This document shows positions 54,600-64,000 of a DNA stretch of 64,000 nt, piece by piece. Made by a program: the position numbers and the translations under genes. Under the pieces are notes generated by a model. That model had not been told where the DNA came from, searched no databases, and was given only the letters and a program-made list of their open reading frames with translations. Numbering within the stretch: the first letter of the stretch is position 1; each line of letters begins with the position of its first letter. Source of the stretch: Octopus sinensis (lineage: Eukaryota); assembly GCF_006345805.1 (NCBI RefSeq), contig NW_021832432.1, positions 248,001 through 312,000 on the forward strand, read 5' to 3'.

Positions 54600-55445
54600 T
54601 TATATTCTAAAGTAGGTTTAGAAAGGTGTTTTGGGGTAGTGTTTTTGTTGTTTAGCCCTAGGTCAGTCTTACTATGTTCTTTTTACATTTGAAACGCGTG
54701 GATATGGTTTAAAGAAGACTTAGTTGCTATTTCCAGCAGACTGACCAGCCATTATAGGGGCTATCAGTTGGTTTATATTGATGTTTAATCAATCTTGAAT
54801 AAGCAGGCCTTTGATCAAAGTCACTTTAGCCATGACCATCCTGTCTTTCCCCATATTCAAAGAACCCAGGATCACAAGGTCCAATGTATCTCTATTTTTT
54901 TAAAACGCTGGAGTGTAATTTAAGGGAGATATGATTGCTATTTCTAGCAGGTTGAGCCACCACATAGAAGCTTCCTCATTACTATCAGATGTTGTATAAT
55001 AAGACAGAATCATTGGTAACACAATTATTTTAAAGCACTATTTTAGTTGTTGAGTAGACTCAATGATTACAAACTCATATCACAGATTTATGTCTAACAC
55101 TTGTGGACAGGTTTACAAAATCAAAAAACGACACCACGCCCATGACCTTCAGAAACTTTTTTTCACACTCAGAATTAGTGAACCATAGAATAAACTACCT
55201 GCATTAGTTATTAACTGTTGAGACACTACAACCTTCAAAACTTCCATGCTTCCTGAAATTCCCCAACAGTACTCCTGATTCCTCCCACCCCATCCCTATT
55301 TCTTCTTTTTTTTTTGTTAAAGGCTTCTTCACTGTTCACTTCCTGTGCATATTCTATGTACTGTTCATGTAGTTTTGGTTACTTTTTCTGATGTGTTGTA
55401 GTGCACATCGGTACTGTATGTAGTAAGTCTATTATTATTATGGAC

Positions 55446-55720
55446 GGTGTTTGTAAGCCATTTAAGAAACACACAAAAGCCATTCGATTCACTTCAACAT
55501 TTAAGTTTAATTTGTCAAAATATTTTCAGTGTTTCTTAAATGACTTACAAACACCTTCCATAATAATAATAATAATAGACTTACTACATACAGTACCCAT
55601 GTACCCAGAACGGCTTTTGTGTGTTTCTTAAATGGCTTACAAACACCTTCCACGCTGCAATTGTTTTCGTTTCAGCACACGATCTCAGATCAAATCACTT
55701 GCTATGCAAGTACATCTCCG
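55446..55720. mobile_element. Rearranged copy of the foldback MITE seen at 24276
   Basis: GGTGTTTGTAAGCCATTTAAGAAACAC arm plus two reverse-complement arms; ends GTACATCTCCG|TA. Confidence 0.8.
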
Positions 55721-56120
55721 TATTATTATTATTATTTGGTAGTAATAAAAATAAATGTAATATAAATGTGGAAAGGAAAAAAGAGAAATGAGAAAATCTG
55801 TGTGCTGTTCTACAGGTGTCGTGGTAACAATGGAGGAAGGAAATAGGTACTCAGGGATGTGGCTTTCTTTTACAGAGGAGTGGGGTGGGTAAAAATGTTG
55901 GAAATGCACAAAAAGAATAATGCACAGCAGCAAAATCTTTGCATGTGTGTGGTGTACTCTAGTTGGCATGAGTGAGTATGTGTATGAACAAAACAGCATG
56001 TATGTGTGTGGGGGATGAGTAATGTGAGAATGCGTTTGTGTATGTGATAAGGAAGAGGAGAAGGAGAGGAGTTATCGGAAATATATGCTGTTATTATTGA
56101 TGTTGTAGGGCAAGGATATT

Positions 56121-56497
56121 CTTTTACTTTTTTACTTGTTTCAGTCATTTGACTGCGACCATGCTGGAGCACCGCCTTTAGTCGAGCAAATCGACCCCAG
56201 GACTTATTCTTTGTAAGCCTAGTACTTATTCTATCGGTCTATTTTGCCGAACCGCTAAGTTATGGGGACGTAAACATACCAGCATTGATTGTCAAGTGAT
56301 GTTGGGAGGACAAACACACACATATACATTTATATGACAGGCTTCTTTCAGTTTCCGTCTACCAAATCCACTCACAAGGCTTTGGTCGGCCCAAGGCTAT
56401 AATAGAAGACACTTACCCAAGGTGCTATACAGTGGGACTGAACCCAGAACCATATGGTTTGTAAGCAAGCTACTTACCACACAGCCACTCCTGTGCC
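56121..56497 (-). mobile_element. SINE family A
   Basis: Full-length, close to the family consensus. Confidence 0.9.
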
Positions 56498-56599
56498 AAT
56501 ATGTGCATAATTGAAAATAAATCTTTTTTTTTCTCAAAGTGGCAAAGTTGAAAGGGCTGGAATCAATAGTATTAGAATCAATAATAGAAAGGTGATGGC

Positions 56600-56790
56600 A
56601 GGAATAGTCCCAGGGTTTTGGGTATTTTGATGCACATCAAGCAAGGACTTTCTGAAATGAGCTGTCAAGTGTTGGCTAGTTTCTCCAATGTACAAAGTTT
56701 TAAAGAGTTGATATTTGGATATAATATTGTTAGGGGAACGAATAAAGTAGTAGGCAACTTGGAAAGTAGATTTAGGACCACACAAAGTTG
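56600..56790 (-). mobile_element. Penelope-like GIY-YIG endonuclease remnant
   Basis: GPKSTFQV..YF..SPNNII...KTLYIGETSQHLTAHFRKSLLDVHQN resembles the PLE FTC.S.N.IY...LYIGET...L..RF.EH region. A weaker + strand remnant lies near 55090-55200. Confidence 0.65.
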
Positions 56791-57966
56791 GTCCCCAAAC
56801 AATCAGTCACACCTCAACTCTCTGGCTGGAGAGTAAGAGAGTTGAGGTGTGACTGATTGTTTGAGGATAAGTAATGGGCTGCATTGATGGTAGATTGAGA
56901 AAAACCCTGTGCAGGAAGAAAATTGATGAATAATTAAGACTAATTTTTATTAATTTGGTCTAATTAAGTTATTACTGATTGTTATATCAACATTAATTTA
57001 AGTCAGTCCTTGATATGAGTTTGCCTATTATACCACTTTAACCCACATTTCTCATGATTTTCAAAAAAAAGCAGTAATATGATAATATTTAAATAGAATT
57101 TCAGTCTAGCAGACCTATGATTGAAGGTATTCCAACCATAATCATCCTACATTTTTTTTTGTATCTAGAACTATAGTATTCAATGTCATATTCCTTTTTG
57201 AAGATGGTAGGATGTGATTTAAAGTATATGCATTTGTTATTTCCAGCAGGTCAAACAGCTGTGTAAAAACTCCTTTATTGGCTCCACTTTTAAAAGGCAT
57301 AACATAAATAGGCATAGCTCTTTCATAATTCTGTTTAATTGAAAATCTGCCAAACTGAAAATAGTTGTTTTTCATATTTCATCATATTTCATGGTTGGGT
57401 AGTTAGTCCTTGGAAAGGCATTCAACTGTAACAACAATTAAACCAGCATTAGGTAACTGTCTAAACTTCAAACTAAAATTTTGGCTCTTTAAACTATGAT
57501 CTCAACATGGAAAAGTTAATACAAACCCTGCTTATTTTTAAATAATATACTAGTATATCAATATGATGTTGGTTATCAATAAAGATGTACATGAAGTTAT
57601 ATAAAATATGCTTAATAAGCTTTTATTTAGTTTGGGTGTCATGGTTAAACCATAAGGCTTTCAACAGTTTGGAAGAAGAATTGAACTGGCTTGTTTCATT
57701 TTTCTTAAGACATCAGGAATTGCTTACCTCTACTTAGTCAGAAGTAAGCCATCTCTGAAGACCTTTTGGATAGACAAAACTAGGTGGTTTGATCCTCATT
57801 TCACAAGACTAGATTTTATTAGAACTCATATTTATGACTTCATGTACATATTATTGACTATTTTTTTCTAGTTTATTTTGTAAATATCAGTTATAATGTT
57901 ATTAATTATTTTGTAATTCTTTTAATAAACTCTTGTACTACTTTCTTTTCTTTTCTTTTTTTCTAG

Positions 57967-58104
57967 GAAATACATTTTGTCTCAGTATACTCAACTGACA
58001 GATCTGACCATGTCAAAACCCAGTTCCCCCACAAGTATAATATCCAAGAGTGTTAATAATATTGAACCAGACCAATATTTTCAGGACTTTGTTGCCAAAC
58101 ATAA
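57967..58104 (+). CDS. FER: FER coding exon 5 (KYILSQYTQLTDLT...FQDFVAKH-K)
   Basis: Long T/C tract plus TAG acceptor, GTACGC donor, 138 nt, phase 2/2. Similar to the FER I.P..EY..F...H segment. Confidence 0.88.
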
Positions 58105-58633
58105 GTACGCAGTGTATACATTTGGCCATTTTCTTTCTTTCTTTCCAAGGAATCTTAAGTGTTAAATTACCAAAATCATACCACCTTATTATTCTTTACA
58201 TATAAGACTGGTTTTAGACTTTGGAGAGATACCAAAGAAGTAATACTCACACACATGCAACTCTGTGTGTATGTGTGTGTATGGGAAAAGGTAGGGAGAG
58301 GGAGAGAGGTACATGATTATCTGTATATTATCTTTTATTGAATGGCTGAATTTCCTTTGAACTGCATCACTTTAGATAGTTACCCCTCTCTAGGGAGTAT
58401 GCACTATAAAGAATACACACACACACACACACACACACGCATACACACGCATGTACCTGTGTATCTTTCTCACCTTCGTTTTTATCAGTCTGTATATACA
58501 TACATATATACATGCATATATAAGTGTATGCACACACACACACACTCACAGAATATGAGGTACAAAAACATTAGAAGTGCTCTGTACAAGTATATATTAC
58601 AAGTGTGCAAAACCTTATATTTCTCACAAAAAT

Positions 58634-58685
<52 letters not shown>

Positions 58686-58870
58686 AGAGTATTGTAGTTC
58701 ACTTGAAGCATTGTATATTGTTTGTAAAGAATAAAAAGTTTTGAATGGTACAACAATGCACTATAATACAAACAATGGGCTATATACCTCTTGTAATTTA
58801 GTCATCCATAGTCTGATATGATATTTTGGAATAAAATCCCTTCTTCAGATATTCTTAGATGGAGTCACTG

Positions 58871-58902
<32 letters not shown>

Positions 58903-59317
58903 CTTTGTTTTTAAGAAACTGCAGAAGTTGCAGAATGATTCACGGGCCCAGAGTTTTCTCCATCGACACTTATCAGTCTAGTTTCAAGTGAATGAGTCAT
59001 AAATTTATATGCCAATGATAATGGTAATTCCCTAGATTGTTCTAGAACAAATTATAAAATATATAATTCCAGAACAATCCAAGAAAATACCATTATCACC
59101 TGGTACATAAATTTATGGCCCATTGATGTGAAACTTGTCTGATAAGTGCCAACACATGAAACTCTTGGCCTTTAAGTCACTCTGTGACTTTTTCTGATTA
59201 TTAATAAAACCATATATACTCAAGTCTTGTGTTCTATATTTTCCTGTTTGCATCACCAAACCTATATATGTATGTATCCATTTTTATATATCTACACACA
59301 TTATTTTTGATTCTTAG

Positions 59318-59440
59318 ATCTAACCCACTAACTGGTGAAAAGGTGACCTTCACAACAGCTCTACTCAGTGACTACTCAGGTACACTCAAAGCAGAAAAAT
59401 TGGCCATTGATGACCTCACTGCTACTTCTGTTAAGCAAAA
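59318..59440 (+). CDS. FER: FER coding exon 6 (SNPLTGEKVTFTTALL...DDLTATSVKQ-K)
   Basis: ttcttAG acceptor, GTAAGT donor, 123 nt, phase 2/2. Resembles the FER/Fps85D F...LL.....L......D.LT segment. Confidence 0.88.
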
Positions 59441-60980
59441 GTAAGTATTTCAGAAAGCCATTGTTTATGATAAACTTTTGAATTTATAAAATCTTTATAT
59501 AAATTAAAGATTTAGGTGTTTCATGTCTGGTATATAGTTTTTGATATTTAGTGGATAGAAGTCATAGTTAGGGTGGAGTGGAGAAATTACCAGAGGCTCA
59601 TTGTAGCTGCTGGTAAAAAGAGGCTTTTATTATAGTGGAGAGGAATTTTTCTGAGTTCAGATTCTGCTGAGGTAGACTTTGCCTTTCATCCTTTTGGGGT
59701 TGATGAACTAAGTTGATGTGATCAACTAGCCTGCTTCCCTCCACCAAACTTCCGGGCCTTGTACCGATAGTAGAAAGGTTTATAGTGAAGAGGAATGGCA
59801 AAGGAAGGTAACAGAGTAGACTCTAACCAAGTCCATCTTGTTATTCTTCATCGTGGACCCCCAAGATCTGTGGGTGTACAGAAATAGGCTAGACAGTGGA
59901 GAGAGGACAACACATCCACACTGCCACTCTGCAACTCTGCACCCCCATTTAATTGATCGCTGCATGTTGGAGTGTGCAATTTAGTTCTCAGCTCACTTTG
60001 GTACATAGAGTTACTGAAATGATGGATTTGTGGATCATACCTCATTATTCAGATGATTGCTTGCTTGCCATAGGACTACTTTATCAAAGCTGGCCTTGAG
60101 TTAAACAACAAAGGGCTTCTCATTCCAAATGAAGGAGAGACTGTATGATACTTGTATAGGTAGCAAGATATGGTTACTGAATGTGGAGGATATGGAAAAT
60201 CTGGAAAGAAATAAGGGGAGCATGGAATGATGTGGTTTTAGGTTTAGTCCCCTTGGGCAAGTGTCTTCTACTATAACCCCAAGCCAACCAATGCTTTGTG
60301 AGGGAATTTGAGAGATAGAAACTGTGTGAAAGCCCATCGTCTATGTGTGTGTTTGTGTCCGTATTTGTTCCCCACCCTGCCATCGCTTGACAAATGGTGT
60401 TAGTTTGTTTATGAACCTGTAAACATGGCTGTTCAGTAATAGTGACTAACAGAATAAGTTCCAAACTTAACAAATAAGTACAGGGGTTGACCTGTTTGAC
60501 TAAAACCCTTCAAGGCCATGATCCAATGACTGAAACAAATGAAAGATAAACAAAGATTGTATCTTGGATGCATTATAGAGATAGATATCAACACCAGTGC
60601 TTGAGTGGTACTTGGTACTTTATCATATTGGCCTGGGAAGATCTGAGACAAAGTCAATAAAGGGAAGGAGTGCACATCTGCTCAGCATGTTACAACAGTG
60701 ACAAGCCAAAGTGCCTTGTGGTATTTAGTTATACCTCAATGTTTTCTGTGTTTGAATTTTACTTAGGGTGTTTGCCTTTCATCCTTTTGGGTTTGATGAA
60801 ACAGGTACCAGTTACGTGCAAGGTTTGATCTTATCAACTATACCTTTAAGCCTCAAATTTGAGGTGTTATAAAGCAATATGTTATTTCAAAAATAAATGA
60901 TTTATTTAGAAATGAATATACTTTGTGATTATTTCACTGAAAAATTCGGTAATGTTTAAACTTATTTTGTTTGTTTTCAG

Positions 60981-61121
60981 GCTCGAAGATATTCGGAAAG
61001 ATGTCACTAAATACGAAGAACAGAAGAACACTGTCTTAAAAGAACAAACTCAACTAGAAGCAGATGTTGAGACATGTTCAAGACTTTTAAAAGAGAAGGA
61101 TGAAAACACCACTGTGTTGGA
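60981..61121 (+). CDS. FER: FER coding exon 7 (coiled coil, LEDIRKDVTKYEEQK...NTTVL-E)
   Basis: ttttcAG acceptor, GTATGT donor, 141 nt, phase 2/2. Heptad-like E/K/L-rich sequence; frame joins exon 8. Confidence 0.83.
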
Positions 61122-61378
61122 GTATGTGAATTTGGAAGACGATTCCTTTATTTCTCTTTTATTGTTGTCGTTTCTTTTTTCACTAAAGTATTCTATTACC
61201 TGTCTTGGGTATTTAGTCATTTAGTTTAATCTTTTTTTTTTTCTACTTTTAAATATTCTATTTATTGAGAAATTTATTACAGCAAGTCATGGATGTTTTG
61301 TAGACTTGTTGGACAAAATCATGAATACGTTACACTGAAGAAGTCATGAGAAAGTTGCACTAAAAGAGCCATTGAATC

Positions 61379-61809
61379 TGTAACAGGATGAGAGATTTCC
61401 GCGCTGGATGGGTGCTGCTCGCATCCTTTACATTAAATATTAATTGAAGAAAAAGTCAAGATTTTCCGTTAATTTCAACAGTATAAATTTTTATTCTTTG
61501 ATTCGCAATATAAACATTTCCTTCCTCTGGGCAAATCGGCAACCTAGGAGCTTATCGGCAGTAGTCAAGTGGAGTGAGTCAATCCTGCCCGTTCAAGCAT
61601 AGCGGAGATGTGCCACAAGGTAGCAGCTCAAAAGAGCTGCTGGAGACACATCTGTATCGTTCAGCTGCTAGCGTCAAAGAGAGAGATACAAGAGAATTTC
61701 GCTGTTGCTAGTTTTCTGCGCATGCTCATGAGGGAACTTCTGGCTGGCCTTCTGGAAGATTCCAACCCTGTGCACGTGTGCTGGAGATTTCCAAGATGGC
61801 GTCACTACA
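61379..61809 (-). mobile_element. Solo LTR
   Basis: TGTA...TACA termini; exact 4-bp TSD AATC (61375-78 and 61810-13); CpG-rich relative to its flanks. Orientation is inferred only from AATAAA on the minus strand near 61495. Confidence 0.8.
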
Positions 61810-62013
61810 AATCTCATGGGACTCATTGGTGGAGATGAGGACAATTTTTGTTATAAAAATGTAAAAGGAAGTGGTTTGGGAGACCAGGATACCAATAGGG
61901 AAGAAAATCAAAACAAACAAAACACTTGAACTACAACTTTCATAAGCAAAAGTAAAAGGATACTCAAAGTTGAGACTAAAAGAAGACAAAATAGTGCAAC
62001 TAGAATGCATGTA

Positions 62014-62235
62014 TTGTTGTAGTTGCTGTTGTTGTTTAACCCTAGGGTAACCTTGTTCAAGTAAGACTTACGATCAAAGTGTTCCAACTATTATCATTTC
62101 AGCTTGTTTTCTAGCACAGTGTAAGGACTACATTAACCATTGTATCATTTTTGAAGATGATAGTGTAGATCAAGACAGATTTTGCTGTTATTTCTAGCAG
62201 GTCAAATAACCATATAGAGAATCCCTTGTTAGCTC
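62014..62235 (-). mobile_element. Single full unit of the ~220-bp repeat family, with (AAC)n-like tail
   Basis: Homologous to the units in 2440-3765. Minus strand starts GAGCTAACAAGGGA and ends GGGTTAAACAACAACAGCAAC. Confidence 0.65.
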
Positions 62236-62308
62236 ATATCATTGTTGGTGAGTGATAAGACTATAAAAGACAAGCAAGAGGTCAGGAGTATTCATAGAAA
62301 GATTAATG

Positions 62309-62946
62309 CAGGATAATCTTCTTTCAGATAGGATGAAACATTTACCATCTTTGTTAGGAATGAAGTAAATCTATCTCATTAAAAAAAAATTTAATTTTGA
62401 GTGATTTTTGTTACAATATAAAATATTTTTGAATCTTTGGTCTAAATTTCTCTTCTTAGACAATCATGTCAGGATTGTCTTCTTTCAGATAGGATGAAAC
62501 ATTTACCATCTTTGTTAGGAATGAAGTAAATCTATCTCATTAAAAAAAAAAGATTTAATTTTGAGTGATTTTTGTTACAATATAAAATATTTTTGAATCT
62601 TTGGTCTAAATTTCTCTTTTTAGACAATCTCAGGATTGTCTTCTTTCAGATAGGATAAAACATTTACCATCTTTGTTAGGAATGAAGTAAATCTATCTCA
62701 TTAAAAAAAAAATTTAATTTTGAGTGATTTTTGTTACAATATAAAATATTTTTGAATCTTTGGTTTAAATTTCTCTTTTTAGACAATCTCAGGATTGTCT
62801 TCTTTCAGATAGGATAAAACATTTACCATCTTTGTTAGGAATGAAGTAAATCTATCTCATTAAAAAAAAAAAAAAGATTTAATTTTGAGTGATTTTTGTT
62901 ACAATATAAAATATTTTTGAATCTTCGGTCTAAATTTCTCTTTTTT
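62309..62946. repeat. Tandem repeat, ~160 bp x 4, ending in the exon 8 polypyrimidine tract
   Basis: Unit starts at 62309, 62470, 62631 and 62790; copies differ mainly in poly-A length. Confidence 0.95.
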
Positions 62947-62955
62947 GTTATTCAG

Positions 62956-63112
62956 ATTACAAAAACTCAAACATAAGGTTTCTGTTAATAAATGGAATTT
63001 CATCAAGACAAAATGTAACTACTTACATTATCAAGCCGTTGCTGATTTTATCGATCAGTCTATACAAGAAATTGATGGTGAACCCCCACCTGCTATACCA
63101 CACTTAGATTTT
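62956..63112 (+). CDS. FER: FER coding exon 8 (LQKLKHKVSV...IDGEPPPAIPHLDF)
   Basis: ttattcAG acceptor, GTAAGT donor, 157 nt, phase 2/0. DGEPPP matches DGKEPPP, which precedes the SH2 linker in FER. The gene continues beyond the window. Confidence 0.9.
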
Positions 63113-64000
63113 GTAAGTACAGACAATCTTGTTTTTATTTTATCATTACTTTACCATAGCAATAACTCTATGGCACCAAAGATTAGATACCCTCTAATTT
63201 TAGCAGCTCATTTTCAGGAAAAAATGTTTATAGTGCATTAAAATATGTAATATTTTTTAAGGTGGCAAGCTGTACATTTTGCTCACTGGGCAAAATGTAC
63301 AGTAGCTTTTCATCAATCTTTATGTTCTAGGTTCAAAATATGCCATGGTCGACTTAGCCTTGGAAATGTATGGAAATGCTATAAAGTAGTAGTAATAATC
63401 AAAAGATTTACATGTTTCTACTTTATTTGCCACTAGCTTAAAAGCTGCACTCCATGTGGGCTTTTAAGCTAGCTCCTGCGGAAATCTAATTGGGCCTGTG
63501 GCCCAAAACTGGAGAGAGCAATAATAATAAAGCATTTATTGGTACCCTTCCAATATAGGGTTACTTTAAATTGAGTCTGAATGAGAATCTTGTAAGTTCT
63601 CAAATTTTGGGAGTTCTTTTAAAATTTGAATTTTCAACTGTTAGTGTATAACAAAGTATAGCAAATCCTCATCCAGACCTGATCCCAATGCTGGATGTTC
63701 AAGAACCAAATGAAGGGCAGATTTTCAAACCTGGGATCATCCTGATTCCCAAAAGTTGTAACATGTCTATGTAGAGCAAATGTAGACTAAGATACAGAGG
63801 TCCCGAGCAGACAGACAGAATTTTGTGTTTATTATTATAGATTAAAGCTTTGCACTTTACGTTAAATGATTTTTCTAGTAAGAAAGTGTTTTACAGTGAT
63901 ATGGTGCTAACTTGAAACCAACACCACTTGAATTTATTCAGGACAGTCTGGAAGTAAAAGTCTTCCACAATGAACAGTTACTAGCCTTTGATCATGAACA

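Noticed and set aside
61122-61224. Exon 7 read-through giving a hydrophobic, membrane-anchor-like tail
   Set aside because: T-rich intron starts routinely translate as F/L/S, and a good phase-compatible donor (GTATGT) exists.
63433-63472. 13-bp hairpin in intron 8
   Set aside because: Too short for a miRNA precursor, with no supporting context.
63942-64000. Possible next FER exon (DSLEVKVFHNEQLLAFDHE)
   Set aside because: Open in phase 0, but the pyrimidine tract is weak, there is no recognisable FER similarity, and the window ends before it can be judged.

Overview
AT-rich, microsatellite- and transposon-dense animal genomic DNA. The SINE and MITE families look like those of Octopus; this is recognised from memory, not from a search. 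One host gene is supported: the 5' part of a FER/FES-family (Fps85D-like) non-receptor tyrosine kinase on the + strand. Eight GT-AG coding exons (30313-63112; 1227 nt, 409 codons, frame continuous across every junction) encode the F-BAR domain and the following coiled coil. The SH2 and kinase exons must lie beyond the window, and the 5' UTR exon and promoter were not located. The rest is intergenic or intronic. It holds many tRNA-derived SINEs, decayed LINE remnants (RTE, R4/Dong-like, CR1/L2-like, Penelope) and MITEs with readable TSDs (hAT, mariner, piggyBac-like, unclassified). It also holds a Helitron, a solo LTR, several tandem arrays and perfect hairpins. Nearly all other ORFs in the track are low-complexity artefacts. 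The best novelty candidate is an old ~220-bp repeat family (about 12 copies, including a 4-unit tandem array). Its by-eye consensus starts with an HDV-like ribozyme-type arrangement of paired segments and ends in an (AAC)n tail. Second is a 4x160-bp array that multiplies splice-acceptor-like sites directly before FER exon 8. Both are hypotheses that need computation or experiment.
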